NCBI RefSeq assembly: GCF_014596725.1
Contig: NZ_JACVEG010000008.1
Coordinates: 1-32,000, forward strand
From: Vibrio sp. Y2-5
GTDB lineage: Bacteria > Pseudomonadota > Gammaproteobacteria > Enterobacterales > Vibrionaceae
Length of the DNA: 32,000 nt
Direction: 5' to 3'
In this document: one piece after another, positions 7,759 through 15,914 of the stretch
Numbering within the stretch: the first letter of the stretch is position 1
Layout: each line of letters begins with the position of its first letter
Position numbers and translations under genes: made by a program
The notes under the pieces: model-generated
Seen by the model: the letters and a program-made list of their open reading frames with translations, nothing else
Database searches by the model: none
Told to the model about the DNA's origin: nothing

Positions 7759-9855
7759 TTATCTGGGCATATTACACATAGATAGAAGAGAATCGAAGTT
7801 ATGTGGTTCCTTTTGAGCAAGTTGGAATAGCTCAACTTGATTTTTTATACTTCCATCACCTAGTTGGAACCCATCACAGTAAAAACGATAAGCGGCTTCA
7901 AGTACTGATACTGGTAATTTGGTACCTAAGAACTTATTGTCGATTTTTTCCTGTAAAGAAAATAAGTGTTCACTAATATCCGATACAGCCATTCCGAAAT
8001 CGTCTCCAAGCTGAGTAGCTAAAGAATAAATTTCTTGCTCACTGGTTACCGAAGTGATGTAAAACTGAGGGGTATCACTAGTAGAGCAAGAAAGACCTAT
8101 ATAACCAGGCTCGTTGACAACGGTTCGAATCATATGACCTAAACGCCTGTTTGTACTCTGTAGGGTCTTTGTAAGGTGCTTCTTACCCATTTGTACTAAG
8201 TTAGCTAAAGAATTCAACTCAGGCTCTGTGAACTCCTTTTTCTGGATTAGTTCATTGAAACTAATGTTAGCTAATGGGTTTGAAATGGTTGGTGTGGTTC
8301 TTCGTCCATCGTGAAGTTCTAACGCAGCCAGAAAGAGTTTTTGATCAACGGTTACAGAAATTTCTTCATTGGCACAATCTATGTAACAGGTATATCCATA
8401 TAGCTCTAGTGTATATTGAGCCTTATATTTGGTTTTTGTAGCATTAAAAATCTTAGTTTTGTTCTTTGTTGACCTAGACAAGCTATATAAAGCATCTTTC
8501 AAACGGTTTGCAAAATCTGACACTGAAGAACCTGTTCCAGAGTTTACTAGGAAGAAAGACTCAAAGCTGAATGTATAAGTGCCTTTTTGCCCCATACGAG
8601 TACGTAGGTAAAGATATAGCGCAAAGAAAAGGTCATCAACAGTGAGTATGGAAGGTGGCATTAACCAATGAAATTCTTCACAGAATAACGAATTAAAAAG
8701 CACTTCTGGAAGCTCAACAATATAGTCCATCGTGCTTGCTCCGAACTTACCTTTGCTATTCGTGTACTCAACGCGAGCAAGTTTACTGAAAGGCTTTATT
8801 TCAGTTTCTGTTACTGGCCTGTCACCATCGTTTTCACCAGTTTGCATCAAGGCATTCTTTAAAACAGAGATTTCCTCTTGTTTATGCGGAGTTAATTCCA
8901 CTATGGTTTTCCGAATTCTTTGTAGTGCTTCTCGGCATTCATTTCTCTGAATTCCGCCAAACCCTTTTTTTGTGTTTGGGTAGATTAGAGAAAGAATGTC
9001 ATCGATGTGAAGGTGAGTCCGGTTAACAGGAGGTCTTTTCTGGTAAAGGTAATCATTTAGGCGTGCAACATGTGCATGGAACGTAAGAGTATTTGCAGCA
9101 AAGTAATACTTCAAATCCTTAAATAGCATCACACTGTCTGAGTTGGTCCATGTTGAAACCTCGTAGTCTGTAAGCATGGTTATTTCTTGAGGACCCTGCT
9201 TAAGAGACACTGCCATGGTACCGGTTCTATTTTGTTGTTTATCTGTTGATGCAACTGATACCAGAATGTTCATCAAACCAGAATAGTTATCTTTGATTGC
9301 GATAACTCTTTTTTCATCAGTTGCGATATCAAATGAGCTTGGAATGTAGGAAATTTGATTTCTAATTGCTTGTTTATTTAACTTATTTAAAGCAGGTGAT
9401 AAGGATCCTTCAGATTTCAGAACTTGCAAATTATTACTTCCAGCGGAGTCGATGATAGAATCCAGATTGTCGAGAATTTGACCCGAATACGTAATCGCGG
9501 GATAAATCCGATCAGAATTAGAGTCTTTTACGGTGGGAGTTTCAAAAATGCCCTTAGCTATAAAGAAATGATTTAACAAATTACGACAAACTGTCGTTTT
9601 ACATAGTTCCGACTCAACAATTTCGCTCAATACGTGACTTAGTGGTATGACAGCTTTATGTTGATTCTTTCTAAGCAGTTCTGTAATAAACAGCAGATAT
9701 TTGCTTTCTAGTTTTAAGCCTGCATCATTTAAACGCTTGGATAGAGTAAAGAAGGGGATAACTAGATCATCATTTACGAAGAAAGGATTTAGAAACAATT
9801 TCATGTTCGGACTTGGTTTAAAAGTCTCGTCTAGCTCAATCTCTTTCATCAACAA
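7759..9855 (-). CDS. large Rep-like protein, candidate replication initiator (698 aa; ATG at 9849 is the third codon)
   Basis: Divergent from and adjacent to the GATC-rich AT stretch and the iteron array. The N-terminal PFFTLSK and the central GGIQRNECREALQRIRKTIVEL resemble, from memory, hallmark strings of plasmid initiator families (PFFSLSK; G-x-x-Y-x-x-L-x-x-AL-x-RL-x-x-T). Not verified by search. Confidence 0.5.
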   Translation of the reverse strand: MLMKEIELDETFKPSPNMKLFLNPFFVNDDLVIPFFTLSKRLNDAGLKLESKYLLFITELLRKNQHKAVIPLSHVLSEIVESELCKTTVCRNLLNHFFIAKGIFETPTVKDSNSDRIYPAITYSGQILDNLDSIIDSAGSNNLQVLKSEGSLSPALNKLNKQAIRNQISYIPSSFDIATDEKRVIAIKDNYSGLMNILVSVASTDKQQNRTGTMAVSLKQGPQEITMLTDYEVSTWTNSDSVMLFKDLKYYFAANTLTFHAHVARLNDYLYQKRPPVNRTHLHIDDILSLIYPNTKKGFGGIQRNECREALQRIRKTIVELTPHKQEEISVLKNALMQTGENDGDRPVTETEIKPFSKLARVEYTNSKGKFGASTMDYIVELPEVLFNSLFCEEFHWLMPPSILTVDDLFFALYLYLRTRMGQKGTYTFSFESFFLVNSGTGSSVSDFANRLKDALYSLSRSTKNKTKIFNATKTKYKAQYTLELYGYTCYIDCANEEISVTVDQKLFLAALELHDGRRTTPTISNPLANISFNELIQKKEFTEPELNSLANLVQMGKKHLTKTLQSTNRRLGHMIRTVVNEPGYIGLSCSTSDTPQFYITSVTSEQEIYSLATQLGDDFGMAVSDISEHLFSLQEKIDNKFLGTKLPVSVLEAAYRFYCDGFQLGDGSIKNQVELFQLAQKEPHNFDSLLSMCNMPR

Positions 9856-9899
9856 TACCCACTATATCCATTTTCTTAAATAAACACAAAACGACCTTT

Positions 9900-9950
9900 A
9901 TTATTATTATTGATCTTTTTATATGAGATCAATGATCAAATGGATCTAAG
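9900..9950. promoter_or_regulatory. AT-rich stretch with four GATC sites: candidate DNA-unwinding element under Dam/SeqA control (also overlaps the rep promoter region)
   Basis: GATC at 9912, 9927, 9934 and 9943, i.e. four within 35 bp of TTATTATTATTGATCTTTTTATATGAGATCAATGATCAAATGGATC. GATCTTTTTATAT partly resembles the oriC 13-mer GATCTnTTnTTTT. Confidence 0.55.
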
Positions 9951-10168
9951 ATAGCTTCAATACTGCACTGTACTTAGTCTATTAGAATCGTTTTGCCCCT
10001 AGCCACGTTTAATAAAGTCGCTATATCGGTTTGCTATCATACTCAAATTTGAAAGAGACATGAATACCAAAAACACACTCCAAAAAGATCTTTCTTGAAA
10101 CTTATTGTAATTCAATAAGTTGAGTTTGTTTTGTGTGAGAAAATTTGAAGATAATAAAGCTAAAAACT

Positions 10169-10467
10169 AAAAATCTAACCGGATAAAACTAAAAATCTAA
10201 CCCAGAGATTCCAAAAATCATACCAAGTAATCATAAAAATCTAACCCAGAGGTTTTAAAAATCTAACCGTTAAACCGTAAAAATCTAACCAGAAAAGTTT
10301 AAAAGTCTAACCGCTAAAAACCAAAAATCTAACCGAGACTTTCTAATAATCTAACCGCCTAAGTTTAAAAATCTAACCCAGTAAGTTATAAAAATCTAAC
10401 CGCTTGGTTCTAAAAATCTAACCAGAAGGATTTAAAAATCAAACCCTGAAAGTTTACAAATCTAACC
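10169..10467. repeat. iteron array of a plasmid-type replication origin: 14 direct 12-mers (AAAAATCTAACC) at a 22-bp period
   Basis: Copies start at 10169, 10191, 10213, 10235, 10257, 10279, 10301, 10323, 10345, 10367, 10390, 10412, 10434 and 10456. Nine are exact and five have 1-2 mismatches. The spacing is 22 bp (once 23), i.e. two helical turns. Confidence 0.9.
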
Positions 10468-10657
10468 CCATGATTTTTAGAAAAAACAGTAGATTAGCTC
10501 GAAATACAAGCTTACCAACAAGCTATGCACAGGATATAAACAGGATTATTAAGTGTATTTGTGGGTTTTTATTTTAAAAATGTGAATTTGATCACTATGA
10601 AAAGGATCATTCCTTTTTGGGGGGGAGTAATAGATCAGCTTTTATCGTGTTAATCTA

Positions 10658-11617
10658 TTGTATAAATATACAGCGGTGGTTAGATTTTTACAACTTGAGG
10701 ATCAGCATTTGTCAAATGATAATGAATATTCAGGTACTACGGTTAGTAATCTAGAGGCAGCTTTCGATGTGATTACGGAAGGTAAAAAACTCCTATCTAC
10801 CAAGATTAAGAGAGGAGTACATAAAGCAACTCTATACACTTATGCCCCATGGAAAAGAAACAGCGTTCTTAATCATAGTATTGAGGTGACGGAAATAACC
10901 GGGTCTGAAGCCGTCAGGATTGCATGTAATATCTACAACTTTGAGCAAAAGCACGAAGGTATTACAGTACCAACCAAGTTCGTTGGTACAGTTGAACTCA
11001 ATCGCTGGGCCTTTGCTGATATAAGTAAACTAGTATCAGAAATAAATGAAGCTAAGAAAATCATAAAACACGGTGCTAGACACGCTATTCCGTCACGCCT
11101 AGAACGCAGGAAGTATTACGATTCCAAAGTAAAAGATGTTATTAGCTCAACTATATACCGACAAATTCCAATATTAAATAATGTTACATCGTCACATTTT
11201 CATTGGTGTGATACTCAAAAAGCACCAATCTTATTAAATGATAAAGAAGTAGAGCTAATTACCTCAAATGCTGCACCTACTGATCGAGAAACGTCAATTC
11301 ATCAGTACCAGCGGCTTGAGCGCTTCCACTCAAATCTTAATTCTCACGTTACAAACGGGAGCAACCTCTACCGTTTGATGAGTGTAAGGATTCATCCAGT
11401 TCATCAACTGGGGGTGCTAGAAGGGATGAAGAGTGAAAGAAAACTTCTCAAATTAAGTGTTCCAGTGTTGATTGTCCGAGCTCCAAAAGGGTATAAAGAA
11501 ACACCTCTTGAAACGTATGTTGCACCGTCATGGTCTACAGGTGATTCCAGTCCACAACAATTTCCAGACCAATACGGAAAATTACGCGGGCTTGGATTTG
11601 GTATTTATGTCGATTAA
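10658..11617 (+). CDS. hypothetical protein, 302-319 aa, start uncertain; alternative candidate initiator
   Basis: Long ORF with no in-frame ATG until near the C-terminus. Candidate starts are TTG 10658 (no SD) and TTG 10709 (GAGGA at 10697-10701, 7-nt spacer). No recognised motifs. Confidence 0.6.
   Translation: MYKYTAVVRFLQLEDQHLSNDNEYSGTTVSNLEAAFDVITEGKKLLSTKIKRGVHKATLYTYAPWKRNSVLNHSIEVTEITGSEAVRIACNIYNFEQKHEGITVPTKFVGTVELNRWAFADISKLVSEINEAKKIIKHGARHAIPSRLERRKYYDSKVKDVISSTIYRQIPILNNVTSSHFHWCDTQKAPILLNDKEVELITSNAAPTDRETSIHQYQRLERFHSNLNSHVTNGSNLYRLMSVRIHPVHQLGVLEGMKSERKLLKLSVPVLIVRAPKGYKETPLETYVAPSWSTGDSSPQQFPDQYGKLRGLGFGIYVD
10678..10689 (-). promoter_or_regulatory. exact inverted copy of the iteron 12-mer (candidate operator)
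   Basis: GGTTAGATTTTT is the reverse complement of AAAAATCTAACC. It lies about 11 nt downstream of an extended -10-like TGTATAAAT (10659-10667), inside the annotated 5' end of the 319-aa ORF. Confidence 0.6.
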
Positions 11618-11646
11618 CCTTTTTTTTGTATTATGTGTGAAGCGTA

Positions 11647-13386
11647 ATGAAACTAAATAAAATCATACAAAATCCATTAAGAAACTATCAACAACGTGTA
11701 GTTACCAAGTTATGGCGGTGGTTTAAGAAAAATAAGATAGGTAACCCACTTATTAAGGTCCCTACTGGGGGCGGTAAAACACACATCCTAGCTCAAATTG
11801 TAATCGACGCACTTTCTTTCAATAGTACTAAGAAAATCCGCATCATCGTACTGACCCAAGATACAACGCTGGTTAAACAGAATTCAGAAAAATTCTTTAA
11901 AATTGCTCCATCCGTTGATGCTGGCGTATTTTCCGCCAAGTTAGATCGTAGAGATACAGAAAATCAGATTATTTTTGCGAGTATTCAGTCTGTTTATAAA
12001 CGTGATGATATGGGCGAATTCGATTTAATTATTGTCGATGAATGCCACCAAATCCCTCCGAAAGGTGATGGGATGTATCAAACCTTCATTAGTAAACAAA
12101 AAGTTGTAAATAAAAAGGTTCGGATTGTAGGGTTAACAGCAACTGATTACCGTCTTACTACTGGCAAACTAACCGACGGTAAGAATCCACTGTTTAAAGA
12201 AGTTGTGGCAGAGGTAACCCTGAAAGAGTTACTAGAGCTCGGGTTTCTTGTACCTATTCGTTACGTTAAAACACCATTTACAGTATCGATGGATAAAGTG
12301 AACGTCCGGGGTTATGACTATAACCGTGACGAAGCCGCAGACGTCATGATGGAAGACAACAGAACCGATGATGCGTTAAACGATACAATTGCTAAAGCGA
12401 GAATGTTTGGCTTAAAAAAATGGAAAATATATTGCGCGAACGTCAAACACTGCGAAGCGGTTCTAGACTATCTAACATCGATGGGAATTGAAGCCAGGGT
12501 GATTGATGGCAATACAAAACAAAAAGCGAGAGATAAAATTTTAGAGGAGTACAGGGACGGTAATTTTACCGCGCTTATCTCATGTGAAACTCTTATAACA
12601 GGTTTTGATGAAACAGCTATTGACCTGATCGTAAACCTTAAACCAACAAAGTCAAAAGGTCGTTGGGTACAGTTGTGTGGCAGAGGAATGCGCCCTCATT
12701 TAATGGGTACAAAGGACGCCAAAAAAGAATGCATGCTTTTAGATTACACTGAGAATACTCATGCGCTTGGCCGTGCAGACATGATTGAGTGGTCTACTGA
12801 CTGTATAGAATCACCGAGCCATTTAAAATCAAGAGTCATTCGCTGCCCTCAGTGTAATGTAGCTCTGAATCGTTATGATCAGCACTGTGATAATTGTGAT
12901 TTCGTCTTTGATTATTCAAGGCCTCTGGTTCAGGCCTCTGAAGCTATCGTTTCCTACTGCGCCAAGGCAGGTTATGAACTTCCAAAAGGACTGTCGCTAT
13001 TTCATATCCATACCGCTGACATAAAGCCAGCATTTATAAATAAACAGCTGTGCCTGCAAATTAGATTCTTTGGTACCGAAGTAGCTCAAAAAGTGAAGAC
13101 TTCTGGAAGTCCTTTCCTTAGTGAGTTCATTCCATTTACCGAGATGAAAGAAGAATTTGTTACGTATTTTACGGACGTAACTGATATCAACGTTATAAGT
13201 CATTTGGTCAAGCCACAAGACTTTGCAAGAGAAGTGGCAAATCGAATAGTTCTACCAGAAGCGGTAATAACGAAACAAAATGAATTTGGGTATAATTACT
13301 CTGTAGCTTACGTACATTCGCAACGTAATAAACTGCATTGGCAAAACGATCAGGAAACTGTTATCAGAGACCTATTAGCCGCTTAA
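11647..13386 (+). CDS. RadD (YejH)-like superfamily 2 DNA helicase with a zinc ribbon, 579 aa
   Basis: Motif I VPTGGGKTH, motif II IVDECH, motif III LTATDYR, helicase-C region ISCETLITGFDETAIDLIVNLKPTKS ... QLCGRGMR, and CPQCN...CDNCDF. Length and motif order parallel E. coli RadD as I recall it. Confidence 0.8.
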   Translation: MKLNKIIQNPLRNYQQRVVTKLWRWFKKNKIGNPLIKVPTGGGKTHILAQIVIDALSFNSTKKIRIIVLTQDTTLVKQNSEKFFKIAPSVDAGVFSAKLDRRDTENQIIFASIQSVYKRDDMGEFDLIIVDECHQIPPKGDGMYQTFISKQKVVNKKVRIVGLTATDYRLTTGKLTDGKNPLFKEVVAEVTLKELLELGFLVPIRYVKTPFTVSMDKVNVRGYDYNRDEAADVMMEDNRTDDALNDTIAKARMFGLKKWKIYCANVKHCEAVLDYLTSMGIEARVIDGNTKQKARDKILEEYRDGNFTALISCETLITGFDETAIDLIVNLKPTKSKGRWVQLCGRGMRPHLMGTKDAKKECMLLDYTENTHALGRADMIEWSTDCIESPSHLKSRVIRCPQCNVALNRYDQHCDNCDFVFDYSRPLVQASEAIVSYCAKAGYELPKGLSLFHIHTADIKPAFINKQLCLQIRFFGTEVAQKVKTSGSPFLSEFIPFTEMKEEFVTYFTDVTDINVISHLVKPQDFAREVANRIVLPEAVITKQNEFGYNYSVAYVHSQRNKLHWQNDQETVIRDLLAA

Positions 13387-13454
13387 TACTGCATACTTGA
13401 CCGTGCCTCAAATCCGTTATGATTTACCTATACGCAATAAACAGGTAAAGACAG

Positions 13455-13751
13455 ATGACCCTTACAGAAACAACTCTCCACTTAAGTACTACAAAGTTAG
13501 GTCTGTATCTTCGTTTTGAATCTGTCGAATCCGAAGATTTGCTTTTCATAATGATTGCAGAGGAACCTAGATATGACGACGAACTAAATAATGAAATCGG
13601 GCACCTTGCTAATTTTAGCTCTACAAACATGGGCGATTTGAAATGTTGGGTGGTAAAAAACGCTTCTGAAAGATTGGTTTCTATTACAAACGCATTGAAC
13701 CGATATTTATCAAAAAAGATGAATAAGTTGAGCAAGATAACTCGATTGTGA
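13455..13751 (+). CDS. hypothetical protein, 98 aa
   Basis: ORF in the same orientation as its neighbours, with a weak SD. The antisense ORF 13424..13759 is low-complexity. Confidence 0.5.
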   Translation: MTLTETTLHLSTTKLGLYLRFESVESEDLLFIMIAEEPRYDDELNNEIGHLANFSSTNMGDLKCWVVKNASERLVSITNALNRYLSKKMNKLSKITRL

Positions 13752-13814
13752 AATTGCATCCTAAGATTAAACGGTTTAATATTTAAATGATTATGTCATT
13801 CATGGCAATACCTC

Positions 13815-13843
13815 GCTGAAAAGCACTTAATTTAATCAAGGAG
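13815..13843 (+). promoter_or_regulatory. GAAA mini-hairpin + AAGGAG module, copy D
   Basis: GCT-GAAA-AGC (13815-13824), ACTTAATTTAATC, AAGGAG (13838-13843), ATG at 13850. Confidence 0.65.
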
Positions 13844-13849
13844 TCACAA

Positions 13850-13981
13850 ATGAAAGTAAAAGTCATCGACTTGAACCATTCACTGTTTAGCAAAACACAC
13901 CGACCTAAATACCGAAGCAATAGAACACCACCAGTTCATCGCACAGAGACTCACCCTCAAAAAAGAAAGGTGGCTTTATGA
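13850..13981 (+). CDS. small basic protein, 43 aa (not in the ORF track)
   Basis: MKVKVIDLNHSLFSKTHRPKYRSNRTPPVHRTETHPQKRKVAL. Perfect SD 6 nt upstream. Its stop overlaps the next ATG (ATGA at 13978-13981). Confidence 0.55.
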   Translation: MKVKVIDLNHSLFSKTHRPKYRSNRTPPVHRTETHPQKRKVAL

Positions 13982-14253
13982 CGGTACAATTCGAACGCGA
14001 AGAATTGGAAAGAACTTTGATCAAGCTCTTGAAAGAATCCAAGCCACAAGAATTTGCCCAACAAGCCTCTGTACTTCTAGGTGGAGCTCATATTCGTGTG
14101 CTGGCGTCAAAATCAGGCCCGATATTCATGTTAGACGATGTACCAAAAGGGATGTCCGAAACATTGATGATACTGACCAGAACGGACAGTCAAGTTAAAT
14201 CCGGACTCGATCAGCTTAGCAAGTTAAAGGAACAACATTTTCATAAGGGGTAA
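13978..14253 (+). CDS. hypothetical protein, 91 aa
   Basis: ATGA-coupled to the upstream small ORF. Confidence 0.65.
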   Translation: MTVQFEREELERTLIKLLKESKPQEFAQQASVLLGGAHIRVLASKSGPIFMLDDVPKGMSETLMILTRTDSQVKSGLDQLSKLKEQHFHKG

Positions 14254-14257
14254 TACT

Positions 14258-14485
14258 ATGATTTATGTATTCTTTAGTATGCTTCGAGAGCCATTACGCC
14301 TAGTTGTTTTTCTAATTGGATTAGTAGCAATATCTACTTATTTAACCAATGGAGATATGAATGAGGCTGTTGGTGGCTTTATCGCAGCGCTAAAACCATT
14401 GAAAGACCAAATAGTTAAGGCGCTACAAATTGTAGTTCCAGCTGCTTTAGAGATGGTAAGTGAAGCAATGAAAGGCTTGAGCTAA
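14258..14485 (+). CDS. small membrane protein, 75 aa
   Basis: AAGGGG SD 8 nt upstream. One clear TM segment (LRLVVFLIGLVAISTYL). Confidence 0.65.
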   Translation: MIYVFFSMLREPLRLVVFLIGLVAISTYLTNGDMNEAVGGFIAALKPLKDQIVKALQIVVPAALEMVSEAMKGLS

Positions 14486-14509
14486 CAGATTAAAGAAAGG
14501 AATCACTCG

Positions 14510-14746
14510 ATGTTTCTTATGAGAATCTTTGTTAAGTTCAAACCTGGCATATGTAAAGGCCTTCTGTTACTTCTGGCATTTACTATCTTACTGCCAATAA
14601 TCGGGGCGTATTTTGAATGGAACTCAAAGGTGAAATTTGTACTAGGGGCGTTATATCTCTGGGTTTTACTAATTACATGCTTTGATTTTGTTTTGTTCGA
14701 AACACCCCGACGTATTACACAGTGGATAAAGAACAAATGGCGATAG
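14510..14746 (+). CDS. small membrane protein, 78 aa, two TM segments
   Basis: Hydrophobic stretches LLLLLAFTILLPIIGAYF and VLGALYLWVLLITCFDFVLF. AAAGGAA lies upstream. Confidence 0.6.
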   Translation: MFLMRIFVKFKPGICKGLLLLLAFTILLPIIGAYFEWNSKVKFVLGALYLWVLLITCFDFVLFETPRRITQWIKNKWR

Positions 14747-14769
14747 GCCACGTTGTTATTGATATTCAG

Positions 14770-14802
14770 GTGCATTGTTTTACTTCGGTATTTACAATGC
14801 AC
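14770..14802 (+). other. long hairpin capped by a TTCG tetraloop, at the start of a ~300-bp non-coding gap
   Basis: GTGCATTGT / ACAATGCAC 9-bp stem enclosing TAC-TTCG-GTA. A T5 run follows 8 nt later (14811-14815). Confidence 0.6.
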
Positions 14803-15052
14803 TCTGAGTATTTTTGATCATACTACAGCTCTAAATGCTGGTATTCGATGGCGACAAAACACTTGTTTATCCTAAAACAGCATTGTATTCTGAAGACTCT
14901 TATCATACAGCTTAAAAGCTGTAATCCTTCTCTTAAGCATTCAATCCATGCTATCCATACCGAGTGTTGAAATAGGTGTAGTTACGTTAACTAGACGTGC
15001 TTATACCTATTTTTGCACTATCGCAAAATTGCGCACTTGCCGTTAGCAAGCA

Positions 15053-15078
15053 TTCCGAAAGGAAATTTAATCAAGGGG
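15053..15078 (+). promoter_or_regulatory. GAAA mini-hairpin + SD module, copy E
   Basis: TTCC-GAAA-GGAA (15053-15064), ATTTAATC, AAGGGG (15073-15078), ATG at 15085. Preceded by the hairpin CTTGC-CGTTA-GCAAG (15036-15050). Confidence 0.65.
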
Positions 15079-15084
15079 ACTATC

Positions 15085-15771
15085 ATGCCTTATTTACCAG
15101 CCTACATGGGCGAATTTTGGTACGGCATTGCCGAGTTAGCTTTTTGGGTTATTGCAGCAGTTATGCTTGGATACTTATTAAGAAGACTCGTGAATGAAGG
15201 TGTCTACATTGTTGTAGATATTTTTATGCGTTTACCGATGATGCTAGTAGATCAATTTATCTCTAGCATGCAGCAAATGTTCTATAAGTTCGGTGAAGAA
15301 CGAGCAAAACGTAAACGTAGTAAGGAGGAAACAGATACTGTTGAAGAAGAAACTGTTCATATGACAGAATCTCCTGCAGAATCGAAACCATCCAAAGGTT
15401 TTGCTCAGTACAACGTTAGCATGTCTGTTAAAGACATAGTCAACGAAGTACCGAAGCAACCTAAAGTGGCTAAACCTCAAGTAAAGCATGAAGCTGACTT
15501 GAGCCAACCTGCTTACCTACGTAAAGGTTTATTTGTTTCTGGTGCATTTGGAAATAAAGAAATCGTTGAAAATACTTTTGCTAAACAGCCTCTTCCAGAG
15601 ACTGTGACTAACCAAAGTAAACGTGATCAGTTACGTAAACAACGTGCTGAATTTGTGAAGAATAAATCTTCGGATAAAAATCCTGCAAAATTTCAGAGTC
15701 AATCTGGTTCACGCAGAAAAGCAATGCGCAATAGCACGTACTCATCTAATGGGACAGTGTCACACGCATAA
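15085..15771 (+). CDS. membrane-anchored Lys/Glu-rich protein (228 aa) carrying an FtsZ-C-terminal-peptide-like motif
   Basis: The start at ATG 15085 is supported by the SD module; the track's 15013 start has none. TM segment FWYGIAELAFWVIAAVMLGYLL. The rest looks low-complexity or disordered and contains DLSQPAYLRKGL. Confidence 0.7.
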   Translation: MPYLPAYMGEFWYGIAELAFWVIAAVMLGYLLRRLVNEGVYIVVDIFMRLPMMLVDQFISSMQQMFYKFGEERAKRKRSKEETDTVEEETVHMTESPAESKPSKGFAQYNVSMSVKDIVNEVPKQPKVAKPQVKHEADLSQPAYLRKGLFVSGAFGNKEIVENTFAKQPLPETVTNQSKRDQLRKQRAEFVKNKSSDKNPAKFQSQSGSRRKAMRNSTYSSNGTVSHA

Positions 15772-15780
15772 GTAATAAAA

Positions 15781-15807
15781 AAGAGGTAATGTATCATTAC
15801 CTCTTTT
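15781..15807. terminator. intrinsic terminator
   Basis: AAGAGGTAATG / CATTACCTCTT 11-bp stem flanked by an A-run and a T-run. Confidence 0.8.
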
Positions 15808-15878
15808 CCAAGTCTTAATCCCAATGGTACAGCATTGGAATTGAGATTTTTTAACCCGCACTGATGCGGATTTTAACC

Positions 15879-15909
15879 TGACGAAAGTCAACCTACATTA
15901 AGCAAGGAG
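15879..15909 (+). promoter_or_regulatory. GAAA mini-hairpin + AAGGAG module, copy F
   Basis: TGAC-GAAA-GTCA (15879-15890), ACCTACATTAAGC, AAGGAG (15904-15909), ATG at 15915. Preceded by CCGCA-CTGA-TGCGG (15856-15869). Confidence 0.7.
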
Positions 15910-15914
15910 TCAAA

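Noticed and set aside
10178-10186. Possible DnaA box (TTATCCGGT on the minus strand)
   Set aside because: Only 6 of 9 positions match TTATCCACA, and it lies in the spacer between iterons 1 and 2. I found no better DnaA box in 9856-10700, so none is called.
10169-10467. Regular short repeats with variable spacers, superficially CRISPR-like
   Set aside because: The repeats are 12 bp with about 10-bp spacers at a 22-bp period. That is far too short for CRISPR and no cas genes are present. The geometry is that of plasmid iterons.
10597-10660. Idea that slippage in the G7 tract fuses the 18-codon leader ORF to the 319-aa ORF
   Set aside because: A -1 shift runs straight into TAA (10628) and TAG (10631) in the target frame. 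A +1 shift enters a third frame that also terminates. No fusion is possible, so any effect of the tract would be regulatory only.
10658-13386. Hachiman-like or other known two-gene helicase defence system
   Set aside because: The helicase resembles RadD in motif order, length and zinc ribbon rather than the longer HamB-type helicases. I cannot recognise any nuclease or DUF1837-like signature in the upstream protein. It is kept only as an open possibility in the findings.
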